Assembly (NCBI GenBank): GCA_049724395.1
Contig: JAUGWO010000135.1
Coordinates: 124,001 to 148,723 of the forward strand
Direction of reading: 5' to 3'
Source: Spongospora subterranea f. sp. subterranea
Taxonomy: Eukaryota
DNA length: 24,723 nucleotides
Of this stretch, positions 1-11,789 are shown in pieces. How positions within the stretch are numbered: the stretch's first letter is position 1; every line of letters begins with the position of its first letter. The position numbers were made by a program, and so were the translations under genes. The notes beneath the pieces are model-generated. The model ran no database searches and was not told the origin of the DNA. It saw nothing but the letters and a program-made list of their open reading frames with translations.

Positions 1-1350
1 CCGTTGAAATCATAATCCCCAACGTATCGCCGTTTTCAGCTTTTCGGAATCGAGGAGCATATCGAGGATGGTTGTTTTAAAGTGGATACGTATTAAATAT
101 ATCTGTTTCGGTTCCGAATTTTCACTCTTTATAAACTTGGATCATCATATGTGAGAAACTTTGTCACAATTTCGCTTCGATCACATTGAATCGCTCGATC
201 ATATCTATCTGGATCAAAATCCCAACCGAAATCCATTATATGTTTCTAGTTTCTGATGAATTTAAATTCTCGGCTCCGATCCGCAATCGCAATTCCTCAG
301 AACAGATTGATGAGGTTGTAAATGCAATGAATCCTGGTGTTGGTTCGGCTGAATATATTCTGAATTGAACCTTCTTATCACATCGTGTCTCAGCATTTTA
401 TTGCTGAACATCTCTCGGCTTGTCCATACCTTATTTATCATTGGTGCTCTCGTTGTGCTCCTGAATCGCACTCGTATGAATACAAGGAATAAAGTAATTA
501 GGAACTTGAATACTGAGTAACTCTACAGTAGTTGTTGTCTGTGCTTTAAAACGCACGATTCCAAAGACTATGATAAGTTGAATAAATACTGTATCATTCG
601 GCTTTCCGCAATACAGCTCTTGGAGAAATTCCCGATCCGTTTTCTAGATTCGTTTGTACATATTATGAAAATTGAGACGTGCATTTCTAGACCAGGGTGT
701 CAAATCAATTGGCGCCTACAACCGCGAAACGTGGAAAACGTCTCATTGACGAAGTCAAACTGAATCTACACAAAACAACATGAAATATTTCCAAATTTCG
801 GGTAGATCAGTTGCAATATCATCAGGTGGGTTTGAATCGCCGCACTCTGTAGACCACAACAGCATCGTTAGAAGCAATTTATCTACTGAGTTTGAGTTTG
901 TCATCAAGGGTGTGATTTAGAATACCAGAAACGGCCTTGTGAAGTTCTTGTCCTGTTATCAGGTTTTTCCTGAACAACCCTAATCCAACCTAGATGGGCG
1001 ATATTATTCAAAGATGGTTCGTGAACCTGAACCGGATTACCTGCTGTTGTCTGTACATCTGCTCACTCCTGGACGATTGGATGCGCTGGCTAATAAAGAT
1101 TGCCGTTAGACAGCCAAGTAACCCTCCGAAAACTTTTAACGACGCTCCAGCGCCAGAAGATTGCAGCATCGCAACTTGCTGGATCTCTAAACGGTGATTA
1201 ACGGCCGATTATTTTCACCGGTGAACTCAGTCCTGCGAATAATCAGTGAACGATAGTCACCGAATCGCCGACCAATGATCGGCTTGAGCGCGGAATAGGA
1301 TTTGAAACACTTGAATCGACAAAACTTGGTCTCGATAACAAAGAGGTCAT
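1..1350 (-). CDS. Probable multi-exon hypothetical protein; exon structure not resolved, may run off the window
   Basis: ATG at 1350 (MTSLLSRPSFVDSS...) and short open segments (EQMYRQQQ|VGLGLFRKNLITGQELHKAVS|DKLLLTMLLWSTECGDSNPPDDIATDLPEIWKYFMLFC) that can be joined by ~50-nt GT..AG introns. No family recognised. Confidence 0.3.
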
Positions 1351-1477
1351 AGGAAAACAGCGGCTCATAAACAAAGCTAACATGATTTGAAAGATGGCGA
1401 GAGTCCGCTAGGAAAACATATTAATGATGGAGAATATATGAGTTTAATAATAGTATATGATGTGGATACATTTGCGA

Positions 1478-3053
1478 TTACCAAGCAACCGTTTCAACGC
1501 GGCGTCCAGGAATTCGCCTCTCATTACTTTCACCCTCACATTGGTTATGGCCGGCTTGTTCTATGGCTGTGATCAGGCTAGCGATATCGTCAGATATTAA
1601 AGCGATATTCGATATGTGATCAACGTGATCGATCAGGTCGGCCAACAACGATCGAAATTTTCCGTCTTGAATGAAGGTTAAGACGTGGCTATCTATAAGG
1701 AGACAGAGCCAGTTGACCAAGACGGAGACGTGGGCCATTGGTTGATGAGCAGAGGCTGGCGATGTGGCCTGGATCAACATTGAAGATAAAACCCGGAATA
1801 AATTCGAGATACAGGGAGATGTCAGGTCAGATAGATGACTGCGAACAAAAGAATCGGTCTTTGGCAGCAGAAGGATTTGCAGGAGGAGTTGATGCTGAAC
1901 AGGAGTCGTGGGCTCATGAATTTGTCCTAAAATAGCACAAATCTCCTGCTCGTCAACTGGAATAATTTTCAACAAATTGAGGGCGATATCAAATTGGCCA
2001 TGACCGATGAGCTTCGATAAAAGAACCGGAAGGCGAATGATATGGGATATGTCGAATGATATTGGTTAATGATGAATAATCGCCAACGTCAATACATTCA
2101 TCTATCATTTGATGATGATATTGAATATCGATAGGGAACGATTGACCCTTGCTCGACAGCCATTGAATATATGATGGGATGGGAGAAGGGCTGGAGCGGT
2201 CCGGGCCAGAATACTGACAGGGATTTCTGGCGAACTGGGACGTGAGATTTGAAGACGAAAGGGTACTGATAAGGCCGGAGGAGAGGAGAGGGACGGCGAT
2301 GGACGTAATCGACCCATCCTTGGATAAAATGTAAGCTGTGCGAGATGAAAGGGAAATGGCCAACTGGATTGGCGTGACGATTGTGGTATTAGTAGACCAT
2401 ATGCAGGATTTATATTGGATATTCCATAAGGTGAGAGCGTTGTGCTGGAGGACGAGAAGTTGTAATGGGGAGAGGTAGACGATGGATATGGGAGAGTCGC
2501 GAAGAGAGATGGGAGTGGGGACGGAGCTGTAAGACTCGCTTAGTGGATGAAAAACAATCTGATTCTGGGGGGAACGCGGGTCGAACAGGGCGATGGAGGC
2601 TGAGGCGTCCGTCCGATGAGGAAGACAGATCGAGACGATGCCAGAAGGAATGTTGGTCTGAGATATGAGCGAGAGGGCCGGATACGATAATGAGGAAAGA
2701 GTCCCAGAGGAGAGCAATAGGAGTGTGTCGTTAGTACATGACGAGGAGAGGATCGGGTCAGTGGCGGTGTAACGCGATATCGAGTGGGTAACACAGGCAG
2801 CAGTGGTGGGGATGGGCCAGATACACAGGGTAACAGAGTCGACCACACACACACAGGTGTGACCAGGAGTGACATAGGCCGTTGATGTGAATAGAGAGGA
2901 GGAGGTGATATGGGGTTCACCCGTCATGTCGCTCATATTCCATTGATAGAGGATATTGGAGGGATCGCTGATGGCTGAGATACTCACATATGAGGGATAG
3001 GTCAGAACCATGTACTCATCTGATATTGAGAGATGTATTGCCGGAGACGACAT
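1478..3053 (-). CDS. NOL11/Utp8-like nucleolar protein (SSU processome t-UTP component), ~500 aa
   Basis: ORFs 1989..3053 and 1478..1975 join in frame through a 70-nt GT..AG intron (2026..1957), or alternatively a +1 frameshift. The N-terminal part is beta-strand rich (propeller-like). The C-terminal helical part has NWLCLLIDSH and ends RRVETVAW, resembling the W-x-x-L-L-(L/I)-D-(A/S)-(N/H) and terminal Y-S-(I/V)-E motifs I recall for NOL11/Utp8. Confidence 0.55.
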
Positions 3054-3099
3054 GGCCGGGGTCCGTTTTCGAAATACAGACGAACGTGTATCACCACGT

Positions 3100-4320
3100 T
3101 TATAACCGAGATTCCGGACGTTGGGGTTTTTCCAGTAGAATACCGATCCGTCACGGACTCCGCAGCGGATTTCAGTTCTGTTTCAGAGGATAAACATTCA
3201 ACATCCTACAGTCCCGCAGAGACAAATAATGCCACTTTGGGCAGATCGATAACGTTCTTGTTATCAAACGATGAAGACACGACAATAAACTATGTTTTAC
3301 TGCAATAGTGACAGAAGTTAACTGTCCATCACCTTGATGCACTCCAGAATGAGAATAGTTAGCAATCTGCCCTGTGATTCACAAGCTATGACAGCTAGCT
3401 CTTGAAAAGCGACTTGTATATCTGCTGTTTCGCCATACTGGTAGCCAAGCGATGCATATCTGATTTTGCTGCCAGAGCAGTAAATGAGAAATGATAAATT
3501 TGGGTCGACACTCGATCAGGTTCAACGAAAACTGGTTCGTAACAATCATTTAAATCTGAGGTTCATATTCGCACGCGCCATGAATACTGACATTGTATTC
3601 GGTTCATTTCAATGGGTTCTTTGGTTTATTGACTATGATTCAAGCAACTCAACGTCGCCATAGGTGTCATCTTTACTGCGTTCTGGTGCCGTGCGATGAC
3701 CGAAATTGTGTTTGTTTTTACCGACGTTGATCCTCGGTGGCACTGTTCAACGAAAGGGATTTTCAACTTGAGGTGTCCGGCCATTTGCCCTGAAATTATT
3801 GGACAATCGCAGGGCATCGCAGAACAACCAACGGGTTCAAATATAATTGCATCCTGCAATTGATATTCTGCGATGCCCCAAAATTAATGGAGATTGTCCA
3901 ATATTTTCAAGACAAAGAGACGGAGATCTTCGATCCCCTTTCTCAACGAATTACCAATCCGAGAAACAAACACAAACTCAGTAATTGCACTTCACCTGAA
4001 CGCAATGGCAGATCACGCCTATGTCAACGAAGAGTCGCTTGAATTCAAGGGCAGGTGTTCTTCGCTTTTTCGCTGTGGGCGTTTTGACCAGAGTTCAGCT
4101 CACACAGGCGACATCTGTTGATCCTTGGGGTGACATGTATATATCTTCAGAGATTGGGGCATTCAACAAAGGCTGTGACAACATAGAACAGTTGGAGCAT
4201 TTTTTTAACCGGCTAGAAGAATTGATGATGTTATTTGACGTGGATAATCAATCACTGGAAATGATAGGTGGTGGTTGTTAGTTGCTGGATCAAACCATAG
4301 CGTGCTGCTACGACGAATGA
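3100..4320 (+). CDS. Possible multi-exon hypothetical protein; boundaries approximate
   Basis: Protein-like plus-strand segments (LEKRLVYLLFRHT; KLMEIVQYFQDKETEIF; NIEQLEHFFNRLEELMMLFDVDNQSLEMI) separated by candidate short GT..AG introns. I could not build a complete model. Confidence 0.25.
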
Positions 4321-4646
4321 ACTGTGTATAAAGCACCATCTTCACCCGCGTTTATCGAGGTTGAGGAGAGGTCAGTCCTTGTCGGCCGAAGAAAACGCAT
4401 TGTTCCGCTTCGTTCTCCGCAATACACAAAGATCTAGGTTTAGCGACGATATAATATCAAACCAATATGGTTATGGGAGACCGTCTCTTCCTCAATGTCA
4501 CTATTATCCATTGTGTATTGTTCCTATCCCGACTCCCGTCCCCTAGTTCCCTTCGTATTCCCGTCCTCCCATGTTCAACACTCTTGGTGACCTGTCCCTT
4601 CCCTGATCCCCTCCATTTCCCCACTGGTTAACCCCATTTGAACCCG

Positions 4647-4786
4647 ATCACTGCTCGTCCTCCTCACCTCCTCTAACACATCTCGATGTGATTATCGGGC
4701 GGGTCGGCTGTCAATCACTGCCCGTCCTCCTCGATCACAACCCACCTCAGATCCCCATTCAGGTCGATGTGATTATGGGGCGGGTC
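4647..4786. repeat. Short degenerate direct repeat (2 copies) upstream of the membrane protein gene
   Basis: atcactgctcgtcctcctc...tcgatgtgattatcgggcgggtc (4647-4705) and atcactgcccgtcctcctc...tcgatgtgattatggggcgggtc (4714-4786). Confidence 0.7.
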
Positions 4787-4862
4787 CTCTATAGATCCTC
4801 CCCCTCTCCTAAATATCTCTTCACTCGACACATTATATCCCATTATTGCTCATCGATACCGA

Positions 4863-5716
4863 ATGTCAGCGTTCCTGCATATCGATCATGTGAACCCAAT
4901 GAGGTTGGTCACCTCCCCAATCCTAACGGTCCATCAACTAGCCTGGTTTCGTCTCGTCATCTCTGTCTTTATAATCTATGTTATCTCTCTCTCGAGCGTC
5001 CTTGGTGATCACCCTTATTTTATCTACGCCACCAATTGGTCGGCCATCGCCAATCTTCTGTAAACCTCCTCATTTTCTCTAAAAAACACTCCAATTCCTT
5101 AAATTGCCCCTAGTTATTTCTGTCTCATCAGTATCATTTCCTGGACAGAGGTCCTCGAACGTGGTAAAAGCAGAAAATTGGAGGTCCTCGCCTACATCGT
5201 TTTAGAGATCGCTCTTCCGACCGCTTTGATGGTCGTGGTCAGTTATTCGACCCATCTTCCTGCTTTGCCATCCCCAGCTGTTCTGAAATTCCTTGTCAGA
5301 TTCTGTATTGGGTGGCGATCAATCCCGGTGCCAAATTCGATAATAACCTGGCCATGGTCTCCAGTATTCAGAATCACGCCATAACGTGTTTCCTGGTTCT
5401 GGTCGATTTCCTGCTGAATCAGGTTGTGTTCTTCCCTCGTCACGTGATCGGGAGCATTAGCCTATTGGCGTTATATCTCCCGGTCAACGCTATCTACAGT
5501 TTGAATGTCGAGCCGGTCTACTCCAGCATGACCTGGAGGTCGATCACAACTCTGTATATGGTTGTACAAGCGCTGGTCGCCATTGTGTTCTTCCACATGC
5601 TCCTGGTATTCGTCTCGCGCCGCATCAAATCCGAAGATCCCGGAACCGATAACCCGGATGTTCACAAACGCAACCTTCAAAACCTGATTGAAGAAAATCA
5701 CCAAGAGAGTGTTTGA
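4863..5716 (+). CDS. Rolling-stone / FAR-17a/AIG1-like multi-pass membrane protein, 245 aa
   Basis: Exons 4863-5059, 5114-5237 and 5300-5716 (introns 54 and 62 nt, GT..AG) give one open frame with about six hydrophobic segments and the family-type motifs YATNW, LYW, H-A (NHAI), VDF and PVY..xW. Confidence 0.8.
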
Positions 5717-5871
5717 ATACAGCTTTCATGATGATCGTCCATAACCCGGGAATTGTTGGGTCAATTCGACGGTTTTAATTCTCATATGTGTTTACGATGG
5801 TTTTTGATCATTGATGTTTTGGTTCATTGATTGGGATTTGAGAGCTGATGCGATTGGATGTTGTGATAACA

Positions 5872-6619
5872 TTATAGCAGAACATTGGTGTTGACGATTG
5901 ACTGAGTGAATGGGCGGCGTGGGCAGATTTGCAAATCTTCCTTGGAAACAAACGTAGATAACGGTTCAACTTCATATTTCAATGTGATGGAGAACAGAAG
6001 CCTAATTGCATCAGCAGTAATCTGGATATACCTGTTTGCTGAGATGGCCAATGTAATCATCTTAAATACATACAGGGCCGATTGAACAACATTGGCGAAA
6101 AATGGTTTCAAGGCTGCATGTCAATAACCAGATCGTGCTGAAGCCGAGTCTGATATCGAGAATCATGAATCTGACCTCCTCAACGTCGCCATTATTCAAA
6201 ACCAATCATGGCGAATATCGCATGGATTTTCTCAATCTTATGACATCCTGATGGTGTAATCGTTTGAAAAGGGCCGACAGATGAACGTGGACGGATTGGA
6301 CAGGATTGAGAAAGGAGTTGGAGGCTGATCATTGGGGATGAATTCCCATAGACTCAATAATCAGATCTGCCAACAAAAGGTGTTTTTGCCTCACAAAAAC
6401 ATCCAAAGTCGACACCAACAAACAAGCGATAGAACTTGATGAAGTTCAAATATTCCCTGAAATCGGCAATGCAGGTTTTGATCTCCAGACACCACAATAC
6501 CTTCCCAAAACCACAATTGGACAGTAATTGAACACACACAAAACAGCCCGTTCTGTTGGTTGAGTTCAATGTAAAGTATCCCACGATTGAATAATGTCAG
6601 TTCATGGACCGGTACTCAT
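5872..6619 (-). CDS. Probable multi-exon hypothetical protein; internal exons not resolved
   Basis: GCC-ATG at 6619 followed by spliceable segments (MST|ERAVLCVFNYCPIVVLG|REYLNFIKFYR...) and a last ORF 5872..6111 containing a GTATGT..CAG intron candidate. Confidence 0.35.
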
Positions 6620-6806
6620 GGCGGATTCCGCTTCAATCTGAAAAGCAAGCGGGGATATCGGAGAAAATGACGCCAATTCGGTCGTTTTGTTGGCCCATTT
6701 GACCTGGCGCTAATAGTGACTCGAGTCTGATGGGCACACGCCGAACAGAACAAAATTGGTAGCGAGAGGGATCCCTCGTCCCCGCCCAATAATCAAATCA
6801 GGGTAA

Positions 6807-7280
6807 ATGATCCCACACAATGATGAAACAGACCCGATATATTCGCGACATTGCTGTAGTTGTGTGCCAGGAACGATGGCGATCTGGGCCTTCGTCCTGC
6901 TGTCGTTCGTCCGCGCCGCCATGTACGCCTATGCGGCGGCGCGATACCCCTTGATCGACAACACGACCATACTGGTGGCGCTAGTGGTCCTGGCCAGCGT
7001 CGAGGTTGGGCAGTCACTGATTATGATGACGCTGCTGTTGAGCAGGAAACGAATGACCATCGCCATCGTGATACGAGGGATGATTACAGCCGTCTGGATC
7101 ATCGTCTTCATACTGGTCGTCGACCTCGTTATTCCAATCGCCCTGACCCGTCGAGCAATGACGCTGGAAGAGGCGCGAATATGGGTCTTTGCCGTATTCG
7201 CGTTCGCCGTTGTACGAAGCATTGATTTGTGGGAAATGTTGACCCTTTTTCTATACAATAGCCCATCATCGCGACGTTGA
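6807..7280 (+). CDS. Hypothetical four-transmembrane protein, 157 aa
   Basis: Single ORF with ATG start, an N-terminal CCSC motif and four hydrophobic stretches. GC-rich third codon positions. Convergent with RPL13A. Confidence 0.65.
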   Translation: MIPHNDETDPIYSRHCCSCVPGTMAIWAFVLLSFVRAAMYAYAAARYPLIDNTTILVALVVLASVEVGQSLIMMTLLLSRKRMTIAIVIRGMITAVWIIVFILVVDLVIPIALTRRAMTLEEARIWVFAVFAFAVVRSIDLWEMLTLFLYNSPSSRR

Positions 7281-7348
7281 GATGACCAGAACATCAGACA
7301 AGAAATACATTGATGATCCAATTTAGCATTTTTATGAAATAAAGACAA

Positions 7349-8131
7349 TTAAAAACCGGCGGCGGCAAGTTTGGAGGCGACTTCCGGGAATTTGGTGGCA
7401 ACAATTGTCTCGGCCTTGGCCTTGAGTGCCATGTACTCTTTCTTCTTGGCCAACCAAGCGACGTTGCGCTCTTTGCGCTTGTCCTCGAGGGCGTTGACAA
7501 GGGTGCGGTGCTTCCAGCCGACATCGTTGCTGAGGTCGCCTAGGACACAGACCTTACGTCCAGCCTGGATACGAAGAGAACGAAGAGCGTCGGGAACGAC
7601 CTGAACAGACAAAATCAGTAAACGAATCAAGGCGCACGGGGGAGTGGCGATTCGACCTGGCGCTTCATCTTATCATAAGGAGGTGGGACACCCTCGAACG
7701 TTTTGAGAAGGGCAAGAGCCTTCTCACCACGTTGGGTCTTGTATGGCATCATACCACGAACAACCCGCTTTAGGATCTTGGACGGTGCCCGTTCATGGAA
7801 TGGGCCGCGTTTCGGGTTGGTGTTGTGGCGTTTACGCAAGAAAGCCCAGTATTTTGCTGTCGAAAAACACCGAGAATCAGCAAAGCGATACTGGAGAATT
7901 TCCCACAGGCAATGGACCGACTTTTGTTGCGGAAAAGGGATCCGCTCATTTCGATCAACTCGGAACGGACAACAACGACCTGATCAAAGAGGTTCATGAG
8001 TTTATAGAGCAGAATTCAACGGCGGTTTCGATAACCTTCTGGCCATTGAGGATCTCTTTAGCGATGATCGATGCCAATCGCCCGAGGAGATGGCCACGCC
8101 CATCAACAACAACCGTCTTCTCGAACACCAT
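7349..8131 (-). CDS. RPL13A: 60S ribosomal protein L13a (uL13), 201 aa
   Basis: Exons 8131-8036, 7979-7922, 7856-7657 and 7600-7349 (introns 56, 65, 56 nt). Translation [32 protein letters not shown]...[31 protein letters not shown]...[10 protein letters not shown]...VVPDALR is eukaryotic uL13. Confidence 0.98.
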
Positions 8132-9375
8132 CGTGAATCGTTATCAGGGTGATGACGGAGTCCGTGACGGACTTCCGTCGTAGCCATCGCCTGACACACC
8201 CGAATATGAGGTCATCGCCCTAATATCACGTCCGTCGCCTTGAATCCTGTCCCCAGCTTCTGACAAGTGGTCAGCAGTTGATGATGGCGCTCCGAGGAAC
8301 CTATATCATCATTGGAAATACGGTGAACGAACCCATATTGAGTTCTAAAGGAACCGAATCGTCCTTGCAATCCCACACAATACTGATAATGATCGCTGAC
8401 AGCGACCGATCTGTGCTTATATCAAAACATATTGGACCTGGCAAGGACATGATATTCTTAATACAATGACACAATAATAGTTATGGCACCGCATTGATTT
8501 TTTGTTTGCATTTCCTGGCTGTGGCCCTTTGACCTTTAAATATTGTCAAAACAAGCACCAAATTTTTTCGAAAACAAATGGCGTTAGGTTATTTGTTCTT
8601 TATAGATGGAATGCTCTACGTCCTAGATCTCAGATGTTGTACATGGATCATCTGTCGGCATTGGACGTGAAGGGCCAGTTTTCCATTTCAAGGGGTTGTT
8701 GGATCATCTCTCTTTTTCTGGCTTTAAACTAGGTGTGATGCTTTTATCATTTTTTCATCGAGTTTTTTTACTCAATCTGGCCACTCCCTTCCATGATGAT
8801 TAGGATTTACAGATCAGCAATGTTGAACAAACGATGGGAACTAGCGGGTGATACATTGAACTCTAATTATTGATCATCTGTTCAAATGGTTCATCTGACG
8901 ATGATTCGAAGTCAAACGCCCAAACAAAACGAGGAAATCAATGAATTGAGCGATGAATGTAATGAAAATGAATTCTCGATAACCACCTAAAAACAGATCG
9001 AAAATTGCAGGAAAAATGTGGCGTTTGTGAAGCCGACGTGGTAGATTCATCAAGACAAATGTGAAGTGAGTTCTCAAATGAACGTTTGGAAACTGGGTCG
9101 TCGTCATTTGGGTCATAGTGAAAGTTTTTTAAGAAACTTTGAAACTAAGATTTGCGATTATGAATCAGATTTGTCAAATCACAGTCAGGGATGTTAACGT
9201 CCTGGACTGGATTGCACCATTTGCCGTCCTGCTCTCTAATAAGCACAATAAAAAGGTCTGAAACGCCAAGGCTAACTCGGTTTGGGAATTGTGCCAACGG
9301 AACAACGCTAAATATTTGCTTCATGAAGTCGATACATGCAACGAGGTCCGGCTGTCTTTCCGAAAGAAAAACAAA

Positions 9376-10515
9376 GGAATGGAAAGACCGTTCTCAAGAC
9401 CTGTGGGAAAAACGATGCTTTCCATGTCAGTTCCTGGAGCCCAAACAATTAGTCCCATTTATTGATGTTGATTACCTGACATCTCGTCACCGAATTGATG
9501 TTGAATCAGGAGGAGATGTATTCGACATATTCCAAGAGGACCAGACGATCATGGAAATCCCCAATCATGATCGTAGCAACGCACGCCTTCTGTGCAGCAA
9601 ATGGAGGAGAATATATGGGAGATCAACTACTGCACGAGTGTGAGGGTGGCGGAACGATTCGGTCGTTCCTCAATGATCATGACGCGAACTATGCTCTGCC
9701 AATCTGATACAATAATATGGGAACTGCTCGTATGGTGGCCGAATCGAAAAATCAAACCCCCGATACAATCAATGATTGTAATCATGGGCGGGGCCAAACA
9801 GACGGAAAGTGTGACAACGGGGGAAAAACAATCATTGAGGTAAAATACCAAAGTCATTTGATCTAACGCACCGAGTCAACATTGGACATATCTCAGGATG
9901 CGCTTTTGACTCCCACATAGGTTGCCAGGCCCAGGTTCGCTCCGCCCAACTCATCCCCTTCGGTCACGAGTTCGTCATGGCGCCATCTCGTCGAAGTGGG
10001 TTTCTGCATCACTCTATGTTGTTTTTGTTAGAACAAGTCCATATTATGTTCTGAAGGGACCATTTAGTTGATAATATCGGGATACGCTGGATCTGATCAA
10101 CTCATTGCACATACAAGTTGCTGTCAATCAGCTGCAATCGTTCGACTCTGCAGTGACGATGACGATATTGAACTGGAATCAGTAGCACCACCGTCTGCTG
10201 AACCAAATCGAGGATACCATTTCGTAAATTGAGGAGTAAATCGCCAGTGATTATCATCGTGTTCGACTTCAAATATGTTTTCCGATTACTGAATCAGTAC
10301 GTTCAAAGTGATACGGTGCTGGGGTAAATCATTGGCGTTATCCTGATAATTTGCCGAACCAAATTAAGACTCCTTATTATCATAACTTTTCAACAGGCAA
10401 TGCACTGCATTGGCCCAGGACCTTAGATAATACTCCTTGTAGTGAAACACAACCTCAATTGTCATGATATAACAACGTTCATCAGAGTCTTAGTCTGATT
10501 AGAATTGCCAGTGCT
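9376..10515 (+). pseudogene. Decayed multi-exon gene, family A copy 1 (unknown function)
   Basis: Paralogous to 14709-15715. The plus frame is conserved through synonymous changes (KSFDLTHRVKHWTYLRMRF* vs KSFDLTHRIHHWTYLNMPFR; YRDTLDLINSLHIQVAV) but carries in-frame stops. Confidence 0.6.
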
Positions 10516-10811
10516 TTTCTTTTTGCGAAATTAATCAACAATCTGACGCGTGTATAGGATGATATCGTTCTGTGTGATTATTTTTTATTGGTTTTTTGAA
10601 TTTGCGATTTAAAATTTGCTTGATCGGAAGACATGTTCGAATTGTACAATTATGGTCTGATCGGTTAGTAATCACAATTGTATTCGTGATGTGTTCCAAA
10701 TCGGGTTTACCTCTACAGTTTCGCCTATTTTTTACTTACCTCTAATTCAAAAATCGTTTGCCCACACACGTTGACCTTGGTCTAATCATTCAGAGTTTAC
10801 AAATCGGATAC

Positions 10812-11657
10812 CTCACGAACACATCGTGATGAACAAGACGTCGGCAAAGCTCCTGGAAAACCTTGTTGAACTCGTCGTATGTGATCGGCCGCAAATGTTC
10901 AATATTTCGTCCACAGCTGAACCATCGCTTGCCGGGAAACAAGCGTCCACTAGTCAGTTGAAAGGGATCCAACGTGAGCCAACAAATGTGAGATAGCATC
11001 AAACTCGGGGACATCGCGGTCACGATGAAGCAAAAGGAGCGACTTCGTGTCGTGGCGCTTCTCCGTTTTGCCATCAACATCACAGGCCGCGCGCATCAAA
11101 AAGGATTTGAAGGATTATAGGGCGAATGGAACACCGACTGAGGTGCTCATTCTTCGAGATTATTGTATGAAGGAGAATGACCCGTACTTTTTCATGGTCT
11201 ACAGAGCAACATATGACATCGATAAAAAAATGCAAAAGACAAAGGACTTACAACAAAGAACGATTCTTCAAAATCATTCAAGTCGAGGTTTTTGGCATCG
11301 TCGTTGCGCATAAACATCTTTACAAACACGATGAATATCGTGTAGACCATGAAAAAGTACGGGTCATTCTCCCTTCATACAATAATCTCGAAGAATGAGC
11401 ACCTCAGTCGGTGTTCCATTCGCTCTATAATCCTTCAAATCCTTTTTGATGCGCGCGGCCTGTGATGCGGCCTGATGTCGTGGAGAAGCTGGCCATTTGG
11501 GTTGATGGCAAAACGGAGAAGCGCCACGACACGAAGTCGCTCCTTTTGCTTCATCGTGACCGCGATGTCCCCGAGTTTGATGCTATTTCACATTGGTTGG
11601 CTCACGTTGGATCCCTTCCAACTGACTAGTGGATGCTTGTTTCCCGGCAAGCGATGG
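10812..11657. mobile_element. Rearranged remnant of an intron-containing tyrosine-recombinase (Crypton-like) transposon
   Basis: Near-identical to 24506-24723. The minus strand 11466-11252 reads QAARIKKDLKDYRANGTPTEVLILRDYCMKENDPYFFMVYTIFIVFVKMFMRNDDA (first catalytic Arg region), followed by a 53-nt GTAAGT..TGTAG intron (11251-11199). The plus strand from 11465 reads MRPDVVEKLAIWVDGKTEK. Confidence 0.8.
10922..11657. repeat. Long inverted repeat (fold-back): arms 10922-11203 and 11341-11657, 137-nt loop
   Basis: The arms are reverse complements with about five substitutions by eye and one 34-nt indel (11468-11501 present only in the right arm). Confidence 0.95.
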
Positions 11658-11789
11658 CGTATCAAAGCAATTATAGAGAAGTAATGGCTAATACACAGAT
11701 TTGAATTGGAACGGTTTCCAACGTGGAAATGCTATACCAACTTTACGTCGCTTTTGTCCTAACCGTTGGATAACTTTTACAGGGATTGT

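Noticed and set aside
2465..2668. Arg/Trp-rich plus-strand ORF
   Set aside because: Antisense to the Ser/Pro/Leu-rich coding strand of the NOL11-like gene.
7371..8183. Plus-strand ORFs overlapping RPL13A, and possible intronic snoRNAs
   Set aside because: The ORFs are antisense shadows of a conserved gene; the 56-65 nt introns are too short to host typical snoRNAs.
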